Shown here piece after piece: positions 1-16,953 of a stretch of 64,000 bases of DNA. The stretch is from assembly GCF_009914755.1 (NCBI RefSeq), contig NC_060928.1. One strand, given 5' to 3'. The notes beneath the pieces were generated by a model that had not been told where the DNA came from, did no database searches, and was given only the letters and a program-made list of their open reading frames with translations. The stretch is from the human T2T-CHM13v2.0 reference genome, Homo sapiens. The stretch's first letter is position 1, and the number at the start of each line of letters is the position of its first letter. The translations under genes and the position numbers were made by a program.

Positions 1-247
1 GTGGAATGCAAAGGAGAAGCAAGGACCTTCTTCACATGGCGGCAAGAGAGAGAAGAGTGAAGGGGAAAGAGCCCCTGATTAAACCATCAGATCCCATGAG
101 AACTCACTCACTATCACGAGAACAGCATGGGGAAACCGCTCCCATGATCTAATCACCTCCCATCAGGCTCTCTCCCTAGACACGTGGGGATTATGGGGAT
201 TATAATTCAAGGTGAGATTTGTGTGGGGACACAGCCAAACCATATCA
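1..247 (-). mobile_element. MaLR LTR (MSTA/THE1D-like), cut off by window start
   Basis: Reverse complement of the MaLR LTR 5' end: ...gagatttgtgtggggacacagccaaaccatatca; internal catcagatcccatgagaactcactcactatcacgagaacagcatgggg. Confidence 0.9.
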
Positions 248-320
248 AATAGCAAGTGCAATCTGTCTGGCTACTGAAAAGACATATCCATTACCAAATA
301 ACAAATTGGCATTCTGATTT

Positions 321-481
321 GTTTTCGTTTTTTAGAGACAGGGTCTCATCCTGTCACTCAGGCTGGAAAGCAATGGCACAATCATAGCTCACTGAAACCT
401 GGAAATCCTGGGCTCAAGTGACCCTCCCAACTTGGCCTCCTGAAGCACTGGGATTACAGGTGCAAGCCACCACACCTGGCC
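321..481 (-). mobile_element. Alu monomer (FRAM/AluJ right-arm-like)
   Basis: gagacagggtctc...catagctcactg...cctgggctcaag...ccacacctggcc; TSD cattctgattt at 310-320 and 483-493. Confidence 0.9.
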
Positions 482-744
482 ACATTCTGATTTTTAAAAT
501 CATTTTCTTATAGTTTTAGTGTAAATTGCTTACACATAAATTTTTTACCTGCTTATGCTTATATGAAATAATGCAATAGAACTAGAACTTCTGACCCTAA
601 AATGCTAAGAATGTATCATGGATCCATGTTAATATTACTGACCTATAAAACTAACATGAGCTGTTAAGTTTTAAGTTTACTCTGAAATTGCTTCTTCTAA
701 AACTGTATCAACTATGGATACTAAGAAAGAAGAGAATGAGGAGT

Positions 745-866
745 GGGGAAGAGGAGGAGAAGGGAAAAGAGGAAGAAGAAGAGGAGGAGGGAAAAGAGGA
801 AGAAAGAGAAGAGGAGGAGGGAAAAGAGGAAGAAGAAGAAGAGGAGGAGGGAGAAGAGAAGGAGGA
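745..866 (+). repeat. Pure-purine (GA-rich) minisatellite, ~30-bp period
   Basis: 122 consecutive A/G bases; gaggaggag blocks start at 751, 781, 811 and 841. Confidence 0.95.
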
Positions 867-1089
867 TAACTAAAAGAGTTTCTAAGTAATGAAAAGAAGT
901 TGTGCCTAACTTTGCTCCATATGTAATTTAAAACATCAAGATACTGTGCCATCATAAGTATAAGGAAATTCAACTAAGTGCAGATTTTTCCATTATAACC
1001 ACATAAATGCTTTTTGAAATATCAAAAATTTCATTTTCCCTTCAAGATTTGTAACATCTTATCCTTTTTTTTTTTTGGCTTTGTCTCCT

Positions 1090-1597
1090 GTGCAAACTGG
1101 TTATAAATTCTTCCCATCTCTGTGTGCAGCTGCTTTGCAAAACTCCTCCTGTCAGGAGATGGCATTTATTTTTCCACTTCTTGAATCTGGGCTTGACCAT
1201 TTGTCTCATTTTGGCTGATGGGACATGAGTAAACTTGCAAGTAGAGGTTTAAAAAGTGCTTGTACTTTGAGATTTGGCATTTCTGTTTTTGTTTTTCAGA
1301 ATCTGGAGACAACTGTGGGTAGAAACCAGGGCTAGCCTATGGGAGGATGAGAGACAACATGAGACATGGATGAGTTGTCCCTTGTCTCAGAGATGAGGCT
1401 CATTAGGCCTAGCCAGCCTGCTAATGGCTATGAATGAAGTCACCCCAGACCACCACCCCAGCTGAGTCACACTAGGTGATCAGAGAGATTCAGCAAGTTG
1501 GCCCAGGGTAGAAGAATTGCCCTGTTTACTCACAGAATCACCATATAAACTGGTGGTTTTTTACGCTGCCCAGCTTGGGTGGGGTTGTTATTCAGTA
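1090..1597 (+). mobile_element. Old MaLR LTR (MLT1G/H-like)
   Basis: ctcctcctgtcaggagatggcatttatttttccacttcttgaatctgggctt resembles the MLT1 5' part; tggtggttttttacgctgcccagcttgggtggggttgttattcag resembles its 3' end. Confidence 0.7.
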
Positions 1598-2329
1598 CCC
1601 GTCCTCCTGCTGAGTGGGAAGTTTGGCTCTGGCTGTGCCCAGGTTACGACACAGACATCTACCTGACAGCAAAGGGTCAGCATCGGTGGAGGCTCATCCT
1701 AAAGGAGGAACCTCCTGAGGTGAGAAGGGGAATACCAATAAGAACTGATTCCAGGGACCAGAGTGAGGAGAAAATAGAGTGGAATGGTTTCTTTGAAAGT
1801 AGATGCAAAACTCCTTTGAAAGAAGATGCAAAAAGAAGAACTTGTAAGACAAATGAAAAATCCCATCCAGAGAAAAGGCTTCTGGGAATGGAAGTAATAA
1901 CATACTGAACTGGGAAGAAACTTTGTTCTGATCTTTATCTTTGTAAAATAATAAAATGATCCTTTTTTGAAAGAGATTCCTTTAATATGATATATAGAGT
2001 TTCAACCCACATCTGCCACATGGTGGATATTTAGTAAATATTTGTGGAAAAGAAGTGAATTCAATGGACATGTTTCTACTGGGATACTCCAAGATTAGTA
2101 ATAGTAAGTTGTGCAATACTCTCCATTTAAAAATATTGTATATCATATTTATTTGGGTTGGAAACACTATTCAGTCTTCGTAATATCTTGCTTTAAGAGA
2201 GTTCAAATTACCATATAGACTTTTTCCCCCCCAGAGAACACTAATTGGGCATAGGGAATGAGATGCAGTTGTAAAAGCATCATTCACAGTACCTGGCAGG
2301 ATGTGATGTGCTCATTGTACCTCTAACAA

Positions 2330-2535
2330 GTATTGAATGGCTTATTGGTGCCAGGGACTGTTTTCTTTGTGTTATGTATGTATTAACACATTTAATCCTT
2401 GCATCAGCCCTATGAATAGGTAATATCTTTACCTCCATTTTATAATTAAGGGATCTCAGCCAGAGGGAAGTTATTTACACAGCTAATGTATTGGAATAGG
2501 GATTTGAACCCAGTCAGTGTGGCTTCCAAGCCACT
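2330..2535 (-). mobile_element. MIR SINE
   Basis: catttaatccttgcatcagccctatga...ctccattttata...ggatttgaacccagtcagtgtggcttccaagcc. Confidence 0.8.
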
Positions 2536-5209
2536 CCTCAAAAACCAACAATTTTTTAGTACTTCTTATTTGAGGAATTTGCTAAGGTTTTAATGGGTAA
2601 AAGTCAAGTCATTCAATTCTCATAATTTCTCTCTAAGGTACTATTGCTATTTGCACTTTACAGCAGGTGCTCAAAATGTGCTGATTGTGTGCCCTGCCTT
2701 TTTCTTTTTGCCCCTTGCCCTTATTTGCCCTCTCTGTTCATGATTCTGCAGTGACTGAAAGAGAGTCTGTCTCCCAGGATGCTCAGCCTCGATCTTTGCA
2801 CACTCACCTGAGCTGCCTGGCGCCATCCTGTGTGGTTTCTGGCTTGGGCCTGATGCTCTCTGGTGATCGAGCTTGTCCCTTTTTGCTACGTACAGGCCCA
2901 GCCAGGCCTAGCAGCAGGAGTGTACTTATGTAATGTAGGAAGACCCCACCCAGACTCATTAAACCTGGAAACAGCTGGTAACTATTTCCATGTATCTGCT
3001 TCAGGATAAGCAAAGGCAGGCTAGGAATTGTTATGTGACTTTCTCGAAGTATATAGCAAATCATTGCCTAAGTGATAATAAAAGTATGGGCCTCTTGCCT
3101 TGGCTTCCATGCTTGCTTTTTTATTATGTCATGCTTTTATTATTATTATTTTAAAGTACGTGTCTTCCTTGTTATGTGATCATATATTAACCAGAAGAGT
3201 TTAATTTAGAAAAAAATTTAAAGCACAGCATTTTATAGGTAAATTATTAGGTCAATTCTTACACTTAGTTCAGAAGGAATTTAATTTTCAAAAAGCAAGT
3301 TGAATTGTCAAGGAATATGCTTTCTATGATGATGAAAGTCTTGGGGAGTACCCCTCCTTCCCTTCCCTGTTCAGCCCCTCATCCCAGCCTCTTAGGAAGC
3401 ATTTAATCTTAAATCACTGGGTCAACTGAAGCAATAAGACTGTGGTTTGGCAACACTAAAACAAATGCAGATGTTTTAGAACATTTCTTGCCCAAACTAG
3501 GGAATGCTTATTTCGCTGATAAGGTTTTAGAAATACTTTTTAAAACAGTATTTCATATTTTAAAATGTGGCTTGTCAAATTTTTATATTAAAATAATCCC
3601 ATGAGAAATATGTTGATTACTTCATTGATTTAAATATTACTGTAATTGATATAATTTCCTTTTAATATCAAAGATCTGGTTCATAGAAATAAATTTATGG
3701 GAAATGTTTCCCCTTGTGATTATCTTGTGCTTTCTTGCCGCAATAAATAAGAAAACAGATTTTCTGCAGATGTTTCTATTAGCATATTGAGTATTCTGAG
3801 CCACAAAGTCTGACTTAAGTTTAATTAAAAATATCCACCTTAAAAACCCTTGGGAATAAGTTGAATATATTTTTTTCTGTTTCAGTTTAATGCCACACAG
3901 AAACTAGTTTTGTAACTTTCATGAATTTCTTTTTGTATGAAATAATTTAAGAAACCTGTACTTTCTTTACAAGGGTATGTTAATAGTTTTAGCAAAAAAA
4001 AAAAATTACATGTAAATATACATTTAAATATATAGTATCTCCTTGGGGAATCATCCAATTAACTTACATGTATTTGAATTTAAAATAAAATAATCAATAA
4101 TTATATGTGTATAGCTAGTGGGATGGGAGCTTTTCAATTTCATAAACTATTAAGTAGAAAATTTTGATTTTGGTTAATTATTCTTTTTTTTTGCACTGCT
4201 GTCAACTTAGAAGATGTTTGAAATGAAAGAATTTTTTGCTCATATCTTGTGAAACAGTAAAAGGCCAAAGTGCTAGGAAAATAAGTAAATTCTTTATGAT
4301 GCTTGAAGCCTTTTTAATTCAAGACTGGATAGGGAATAGTAAGCAAATAGTGGTGTTTTAAATAATTCTAGGTTATATAGGAAAAGATAAAATTGAAAGA
4401 ATACTGTAGATGGAAAGATAAAAATGTGATAGTTGTCTTATTATACATTTTGAAATGTTTTATTTAAATAACTTTCAATAAAAGCATAACATTTTCATAT
4501 ACTATTTTAATTTTAACATTTCTACGTCATGTCTATCAGTTGCATTTTATAAACCAATGTTATTTTCAGGACATAGCTAGAGGGATCTACTTTACAGAGG
4601 TATATATTGTATTGTGATTTCTTTTAAGGATTCATGTTGTTGACCTAATTCTTTGATTCAGAAATAACAAACAACTAGTTGAATCTGGTCTCACTGGGAA
4701 CTGTATTTTGGAGCAAATAATTAGAACAAGTTTTAACTAAGGGTATTTGCCTACCACCCACTCAGTCCCTACTCCAGTTAAGACATGCATGAAAAGAATA
4801 TATAATAACACATCAAAAGCACTAAGAACATAGAGAAACTCTGCATGAACATTGCCCAATTTACTGCTTTCCCATGTAGAATATAGTTTGTCTTACAAAG
4901 TTTCAGACAAGTGCAAGAGTTTCCTTCTATGTATATTTTTATTAACCTAATATAAAAGTCAATCCTCTTGCAAAATGACATCAGAACATTTTACTGCTTA
5001 CTGAGGTCTGTAATTATTTGACTTTCCTCCAATCCATTTTCTATAATCAGCAATTACGTTTTTTAAAACATCATATATTTGACCATGCATCAGCTCTGCC
5101 CTTTATCTTCTCCATGTTTCTTTTCTTCACAATGTTTATTTCAGTTTATAAAGATAGTGTAGGCATTTGATTAGTTCCTGTCCTTACTCACCCCCGCCAG
5201 CACACACAC

Positions 5210-5308
5210 TAGAGTAAGGACTAGGTCAGTTTTTGTTCACCGTTCTAGTCCCAGGGCCTAACACCATGCTTGTTCCATAGCAAGTGCTTCATAAATATTA
5301 GCTGAATC
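5210..5308 (+). mobile_element. L2 3' end
   Basis: tttttgttcaccgttctagtcccagggcctaacaccatgctt...ataaatattagctgaat. Confidence 0.7.
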
Positions 5309-6479
5309 AAAAGGGACCACGGAAATTGATGTTGCGTGAAACAGAGTCCTTCCTACATTGTCTAAGTATCTTCAGCGAATATGAAAGTTCTGGCATGTTT
5401 CTTATTGCTTCTTAGCTTCTAAAAATGCCTCATTGAATAACCCCACTCTCCCACTTTTGGAAATGAAAGCTTGGTTGGGAATGTCTTGTTGCTATTTCTT
5501 GCTGCTAAATTCTACCAAATGTCTGGCTGAAAAATGATTGCTGTTGCCTTTCACAAGAACACTAAAATAACATAACTCTTGTATTTATTATTTTTTTCTT
5601 CCATTTCTATTCGACAAACATTAAAGAAGTATGTCACACCAGCCACTAGAATAAAGGATAATAGAGTTTTGACCATTTAGCCAAGTCCTGTTTCACCTAT
5701 GGCAATATTGTAGCAAAATGCAATTACACTTTGGCCCACAGGCCCCCTTCCCTGATCAGAGGTTGTCTTGCTTTGGAGGACTGTTTTTCCTTTCCAAAGG
5801 GTGGTTGTAAGAGTTAACGTGCAATTTTCCTGGTACAGCAGATGTTCTTTTCTCTTTAGGAATAGGGGCCCATGTGGAAAAATAAAACCCACCACCCACA
5901 TGGCAGAGTTTCCATCTCCCTCTGGAAGCTTACAGTGAAGCCCTGTTCAAATCAGCTTCAGTGGAAGACAATGCATTTGCTTCCTATTGCACACCTTACC
6001 AAGCAAGTTGCTAAGGGCTAACCCCAAGAAAAAAGGTTTTCATTAGGAATGTCAACCCTAACAAAGAGGATGGAAGCTGGAAGTCTGTTTGGGTGGCTGG
6101 CGGGAGAGTGCTCCTTCCTGCCAAAGGTGAACATCAGCATCATAAACAGACCTCAGAGAACATTTGAGAAGGCAAAAGGGCTTAAGGAGCACTTCTTCAC
6201 ACATCGCACAGCTCTAGAGATCGGAGAGTTGCTGGAGTTAATGGAGGAAGTAAAACAAAAAAAAAAAAAACAGAATGAAAACTTCAATAACATGAAAGGA
6301 ATGCAAATCTGGTAAGAACAGATTTTAAAGAAGAGAGGTGTGAATGCCCATATAACTGTAGCAAACACCTTTGGCCTCATGTCAAAGTATGGTCAGATCC
6401 TGGGCATGAGTGGATTTCTTGCTCTTCTGGTATTTTTGCTTCATATCTGAGAAAAGTTTGGAGCATAGGTGGGTTTTGT

Positions 6480-6992
6480 TTCTGTCTCCCAGCAGCAGAA
6501 CCTGAAGTTTGGATGGGCTTCTCTAGGTATTCCTGTTCTTCCCTCAGACTTTGGCAGGTACTAAAACTTCGCTACCAAGGAAGGGGTCTCTCAGGTCTCC
6601 TGCCCTGTCCCCAATCTTCCTTCTGAGCACCTAGAGGAGGTTTGTGGAGCTAATGAATGGATAGGGGCTCCCCTTGTGTTTGGGGCTCCCAGAGATTCTA
6701 AATGCTCATGCTAGCCAACTGTCAGTTTATAACAATTTTTGCAGAGTTTTTCTTAACTGCTTTTGTGACTGTCACTTCTTCCTCCTGTACTCTGCCAAAG
6801 GTAAACAGTTCATGTGTCCTATTTCTCCTGAGTAGCTTGGCACACTTTGGAATGGAGTTCACCTGATTGCCTTGAGATGTAAGCTCTCAATTAAAGTGAC
6901 TATTTTACATAATAGATTATCCAGTTTTTTCTCACTGTTATATTGAGAGTGATGCCCTTTTTCTATATTTGTACATCCTAAGTGGAAGTGTG
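6480..6992 (-). mobile_element. Ancient L1 (L1M4/L1MC-type) 5' UTR fragment
   Basis: Resembles a recalled old-L1 5' end in reverse: ctctgccaaaggtaaacagttcatgtgtcc...tagattatccagttttttctc...tacatcctaagtggaagtg. Confidence 0.5.
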
Positions 6993-7478
6993 GCCTTCTT
7001 CCTTCATTTCCATTTGATATTATCTTGCTCTCTGGGGAAACACACTAATTTGGTTCTTCCTAAACTGTACTCAATCTCCAACTAAAAGTGATAATCCCAT
7101 CAGAAGATACTGATCTCCACAGCCCAAGATTCTCCACTTTGCATTTATTTTAAAGGAAGCACAGATGATATAGATCAGTGTTTGTTTTTGGTTATTTCTT
7201 GTGTTAAGTAAAGTTTATGACTGGTAGGCAGTCATTGTCAGCCAAGCAATCAAGAACTGATTCAGAAATTCACATCCTCTCTTTATTTCTTATGGAAAAA
7301 TGGCTTGGGAATTCTACAGACTCATGGTTTAATACAACGAAGGATGATTTAGTACAGCAAAATGAGTTACTAAGAGTAATAAAATTTTGTTTTTCATGAA
7401 CCAAACTGGCATGGTTCTACTACATGAAGAATCTAATTTAGTGTTTTATAATGAAGTCTGGTGAATATTTCCCGTAGC

Positions 7479-7868
7479 TTTACTAGTTATCCATTGCTGC
7501 ATAACAAATTACTCTAAAACTTAGTGTTTCAAAACAATAAACATGTATTCTGTCACAGTTTCTGAGTACAAAATCCCAGCATGTCTTGGCTGGTTGCCTG
7601 TAGGTCAAGGTCTCTCAAGAAATTAAGGTCTTTTGATTTTTTAATGTTGTTTGAAGACTTGCCTGAGGTGGAATTTGGGAGAGATTGGAGCATGGGTAAA
7701 TTTTTTGCTGTTCCCTTGAGATTTTAAGACTGCATACTGGAATGACATTCCATCACTTCTGCCATATTCTGTTTGTTAGAAGAGAGTCAGTAAGTATAGC
7801 CCTCATTGAACTGTGTAAATGAGAAGAGGTAGGATCATTAGGGGCCATCTTAGAGGCTGCCTGCTACA
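7479..7868 (-). mobile_element. MaLR LTR (MLT1E/F-like)
   Basis: tagttatccattgctgcataacaaattactctaaaacttagtg...catcacttctgccatattctgtttgttaga...ggggccatcttagaggctgcctgctaca. Confidence 0.8.
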
Positions 7869-8144
7869 ATAGCTGAATTCCTACTTTCAGCGTTCCCATG
7901 TAGGTAGCTGCAATTGCCACTATTTTCAGGAAGAATCCTGTATTATCACTGCAAATGCAGTATTTTCTTGAGCTAATTATGATTTAGATGTTCTGAGATA
8001 TATGCACCATTAATGAATGCATTTGTAGACTTGACCTGAAAATTTATTTATCGATCTTTTATTTTTGTGTATTTACTACCTTTTAACTATTTTTTAAAGG
8101 CATTTTCTTTTAAAAATTCTTTGGTATAACTGGGGTTCTCCCAC

Positions 8145-8495
8145 TGATAGGGTTTGGCTGTGTCCCCAACCAAATCTCACCTTGAATTGTAATAATCCCC
8201 ACATGTCAATGATGGGGCAGGTGGAGGTAGTTGAATCATGGGGGCAGTTTCCCCCATACTTTTCTTGTGGTAGTGAGCAAGTCTAATGAGGTCTGATGGT
8301 TTTATAAATGGGGGTTCCCTTGAACAGCTCTCTTGCCTTCCACCATGTAAGACGTATCTTTTCTCATTTGCCTTCTGCCATGATTGTGAGGTTTCCCCAG
8401 CCATGTGAAATTGTTAGTCAACTAAATCTGTTTCCTTTATAAATTACCCAGTCTCAGGTGTGTCTTTATTAGCAGTGTGAGAGCAAACTAACATA
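8145..8495 (+). mobile_element. THE1 (THE1C-like) solo LTR
   Basis: tgatagggtttggctgtgtcccc...ataaattacccagtctcaggtgtgtctttattagcagtgtgaga; 5-bp TSD cccac at 8140-8144 and 8496-8500. Confidence 0.93.
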
Positions 8496-9039
8496 CCCAC
8501 ACTTCCTTTGAAAAAGAGACCTGTAACGATTGAGAACAGGTGGCAAATAAATCAGATAGGGAATTTAATGTCGTATTCAGTTTAGAGACAAGAACAATAA
8601 ACTATAGTTGACAGTTTGGACCCCGAACATCTTTTCTTCTAACTTTGAAAATATACTTGGTCAAGATTAGCATAAAGTCCCTTCTTTTCCAATTCTAAAA
8701 TTTTCTGGTTATAATCAGGCAATGTATCTCAGTTTCTTCTATGGATAAGAATTAAAGGAGACAGAATAAAGTCAAAGTAGATAGCAAAAAGAAGTATCTT
8801 AGAGGTGATTTACTTACTTTCTCATTTTATAGATACAGAAAGTGAATCCCTGAAAGCCTCAGTTTCAAAGATATCATTCAAAGATATTTAAAGTGTTAAT
8901 AGTCTAAACCCAAACCCATGATATTCCCTTACAAAGATGTTCCTCATTTCAGTTAATGGCAAGATGCAGGTCTCTGCTGACACTCTCATTCACTACATAT
9001 ATAATCCATCATGAAATCCTAAAGGACCACAGGCTACAT

Positions 9040-10033
9040 TCTGAAACCCTGCAAAGTCTCTTTGCTACTTCTACTCTTACACCTTTCTAATTTATTCTCC
9101 ACAGAGTGGGCAGAAGAATTCTTTCAAAATGAAAATCTAATCACATCAATTCAATTCCTTTGAAATGCTGCTAGCTTTATGACCAAAATCGCTAAGAAGT
9201 CCTATTAGGTCCTGCAAGATCTGACTTCTCCTGTCCTGTCTGGAACCTCTATTCCCCTTACCTACTGAGAGGTGACAGCCACACTGTGGAAGCTTTGTTC
9301 TTTCGCTCTTTGCAATAAATCTTGCTACTGCTCACTCTTTGGGCCCACACTGCCTTTAGGAGCTGTAACACTCACTGCGAAGGTCTGCAGCTTCACTCCG
9401 GAAGCCAGTGAGACCACAAACCGACCCGGAGGTACGAACAACTCCAGACGCGCAGCCTTAAGAGCTGTAACACTCACTGCGAAGGTCTGCAGCTTCACTC
9501 CTGAGCCAGCGAGACCACGAACCCACCAGAAGGAAGAAACTCCAAACACATCCGAACATCAGAAGGAACAAACTCCGGACACGCCGGCCTTAAGAATTGT
9601 AACACTCACCGCAAGGGTCCGCGGCTTCATTCTTTGAGTCAGTGAGACCAAGAACCCACCAATTCTGGACACACTACTTTAAACCACTCTCATTCTTACT
9701 TTAAACCACTCTGCTGGCTCAGGGCCTTTCCTTAAACTCTTCCCTCTGCCTGGACCAGTCTTCCCTGCTCCCTGCTCCCTTCTCCACCTTATATCTTATA
9801 TCTCTGGTTAGATATCACTTCCTCCAGGAAGCATTCTTTAACCTCTCTCAAGTTCTTCTGCATTATAATGCCCTTATCACATTTTTTAGTTACATTTTTA
9901 TTTTGTGATTTATGTGATTACCTCCTGCCTTCCCCATCAGACTGTTAGTGTTATGAGAGCAGGAATGATGACAGTATTGTGCGCAATAGTATTTCCAGTA
10001 TCTGGCAAAGAATTTGAGATATAGAAACTCTTA
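9040..10033 (+). mobile_element. L2 3' portion, interrupted by LTR12C
   Basis: ttattctccacagagt...aaaatgaaaatctaatcacatca; ttccctctgcctggac...atcacttcctccaggaagcattct; ends in aatatctgaatgaatga. Confidence 0.7.
9266..9673 (+). mobile_element. LTR12C (ERV9) solo LTR with U3 deleted
   Basis: Starts tgagaggtgacagc and ends ccaattctggacaca; U5 repeats gctgtaacactcactgcgaaggtctgcagcttcactcc; 4-bp TSD ctac at 9262-9265 and 9674-9677. Confidence 0.93.
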
Positions 10034-12059
10034 TGGAATATCTGAATGAATGAGGGGCTTTAGACTCAGGTCCCTTACCCTCTTGTCCGCTACGACTTCT
10101 AACGCATTTTGCTGCCTTTTCCTCTCTTCTAGGCACTTTTATCTTTTAATAAAAATGAAAGAAACAAAAGAATTTTAACTTCACATTTAAAAATTGGAAA
10201 TGAATAATAATTGAAGTAATAAAAAATCAATTGTTCAAAATTGAATTGTGTAAATAGAAAAACTAAGAACATGCATCTCAGTGCTAAAACATGCAGATGA
10301 ATATAGAAGCACTGAGGGGAAAATTCAGGAATTTTCACCATTGTCATGGTAAAATAAAAGTAGAGACTATACATTTACCTATGTTGTGAGTTGGTTCAGT
10401 GAAGATAGCAAGTTACCGGAAGACAGGAGCTAGAAAAAGAGCCCTAAGTCACACTACCATTGGCAGCATACCTCGAAAGAGATGGGCAAAATGGGGGCTT
10501 CTTTTTAGACTCTAAAATGTAATTCATAGACTGTCAGTCTTTCCTAGCTAATTATTAAAAATGAATCCTGTTGACATTTGATTATGGCATTCTCCCCCCC
10601 ACTGCCCTTCCACCAAAAAGATCAGCTTCAAGTAAAGGAAAAAAATTTCAATGACCTACTAACCTAGTTAGATTGTTAGAGTCAGACTTTGGCCACAAAA
10701 TGACTTCCTGTGATTCACAGTTGGCTCTAAGTAAATGTTCTAAAACTCTTGGCAGTAGCTTTTAAAAAATTACTTTTTTTTTTTTCTTTTTGCAAATGGT
10801 AAGCAGACCTACCTTGAAAGTTATGAGTGAGATGCATGGAATTCTGCTGTTCCCTGTAGAAGAGGCAAATAGAAAAGACTGCCAGAAAACACTGAAGCAC
10901 CGGCAAAGAATGATCTAAAGCCCTCTTTCAGGAAATTTGCATGGTTGCCATCCCACACCTGAGTGTAGATGTGTGCCTTCACTAACATCCTGAGTAGGAC
11001 TATGTTCTTTTAAGTCTGACAAGTGAAAGGCTTGCCCAGACCTTATCTGATTGTGTAATACTTATTAAGCATGATCACTTTAACAAGAAATTGCCTTATA
11101 CAATTATTCGCAGGTACCAGTTCAATATCTTTTGGATTTTTTTTACATGAACTGACTTTATGTGAAATACCCCATTTGTAAGAAGTCCTTACAAAGTATA
11201 AACAAGCATTTGTAGTTACAAAAATTATGTACATGGACTTGAACAGTTCCCACCAGGATAAAACAATAGGGACAAGATTTATCCTTTTAAGCAACAATTA
11301 GAAAAACAAAGTATGTAAAACACTGGTTTTCAGATATTGAACATGAAGCAGCACAGGACAGTGATCCCTGAGAGAAAAGAAAGGAATGTGGCAAATGAAA
11401 AGATGCCTTTCTATTTGCATAGATGAAAAGAATGTCGCTGAGAGAGAATATAGCATTGGAGCAGGGGCTAGAGGGTGAGAAGGATGCAGCATGGTACAGG
11501 AGAAAGGGCAATCCTTAAACTCCGGCATCAGCAAGACTTGTCCTTCAAGCTCAGCTCTTCCATTTACTCAATACACACAGCAGCCATTCAAAAATAGAAG
11601 AGAATGTTTACCAGATACCAGATATCACACTTGAGGCAAAAATTGTCATTGAAGGACAGAATATTGAATTCAGAAATAAAGAGAAAAAGTTGTGGAATAG
11701 GCTATTTTTCCTTAAATATTGCTTCTGCCCTATTCTCTCCTTTCCTTTCAGGACTCCAACTAAACAGATTTATACCTTTTGACCATGCTTTGCGCCTCTC
11801 TTACTTTATGTTCTGTTGATTCAATTTTTGTTTCTCTTTTTTTTTTAAATTATACTTTAAGATCTGGGATACATGAGCAGAACGTCCACGTTTGTTACAT
11901 AGGTATATATGTGCCATGGTGGTTTGCTGCACCCATCAGCTCGTCATCTACATTAGGTATTTCTCCTAATGCTATCCCTCCCCTTGCCCCACACCCCCCA
12001 TGAGGACCCAGTGTGTGATGTCCCCCTCCCTGTGTCCATATGTTCTCATTGTTCAATTC

Positions 12060-15862
<3,803 letters not shown>

Positions 15863-15869
15863 TTTGATG

Positions 15870-16953
15870 CTAGCTTGTTATTTTGCACATTAGTTGATAG
15901 AGTTTCTTCATAATGTTGATGGTCTTTACATGTTTGTGTTTTTGCAGTGGCTGGTACCGGTTTTTCCTTTCCATATTTAGTGCTTCCTTCAGGAGCTCTT
16001 GTAAGGCAGGCCTGGTGTTGACAAAATCCCTCAGCATTTGCGTGGCTGTAAACGATTTTATTTCTCCTCCGCTTATGAAGCTTAGTTTGGCTGGATATGA
16101 AATTCTGGGTTGAAAATTCTTTTCTTTAAAAATGTTGAATATTGGCTCCCACTGTCTTCTGGCTTGTAGGGTTTCTGCAATGAGATCCACTGTTAGTCTG
16201 ATGAGTTTCCCTTTGTGGGTAACCCAACCTTTCTCTCTGGCTGCCCTTAATGTTTTTTCCTTCATTTCACCCTTGGTGAATCTGACAATGGTGTGTCTTG
16301 GGGTTGCTCTTCTCGAGGAGTATCTTTGTGGGGTTCTCCGTATTTCCTGAATTTGAATGTTGTCCTGTCTTGCTAGGTTGGGGAATTTCTCCTGCATAAC
16401 ATCCTTTAGTTTGTTTTCCAGCTTGGTTCCATTCTCCCCATCACTTTCAGGTACACCAATCAAACATAGATTTGGTCTTTTCACATAGTCCCATATTTCT
16501 TGGAGGCTTTGTTCATTCCCTTTAATTCTTCTTTCTCTAATTGTCTTCACACTTTATTTCATTAAGTTGATCTTCTATCTCTGATATCCTTTCTTCCTCT
16601 GATATGCTTGATCAATTTGGCTATTGATACTTGTGTATGCTTTCCAAAGTTCTCATGCTGTGTTTTTCAGCTCCATCAGATCATTTACATTATTCTCTAA
16701 ACTCTTTATTTGAGTTAGCAGTTCCTGTAACCTTCCATCAAGGTTCTTAGCTTCCATGGAATTGGGTTAGAACATGCTCCTTTAGTTTAGAGGAGTTTGT
16801 TATTACCGACCTTTTGAAGCCTAGTTCTGTCCATTCGTCAAACTCATTCTCTGTCCAGTTTTGTTCCCTTGCTGGTGAGGAGTGGTGATCCTTTAGAGAA
16901 AAGGCATTCTGGTTTTTGGAATTTTCAGCATTTTTGCATTGGTTTTTCCTCAT
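15870..16953 (-). pseudogene. L1 ORF1 (RNA-binding protein), disrupted
   Basis: N-terminus MRKNQCKNAENSKNQNA; second fragment EQSLQEIWDYVKRPNL...FQPRISYPAKLSF...LQELLKEAL. Confidence 0.95.

Noticed and set aside
677-973. Poly-Pro/Leu ORF (-) and poly-Glu ORF (+)
   Set aside because: Both are translations of the GA-rich simple repeat; there is no exon or domain evidence.
6049-6315. 88-aa ORF with ATG and a trailing ggtaag donor-like site
   Set aside because: No recognisable homology, it spans an A-run, and its length is within chance expectation.
9358-9640. Three spaced repeats (gctgtaacactcactgcgaagg...) resembling a repeat-spacer array
   Set aside because: These are the standard U5 repeats of LTR12/ERV9.
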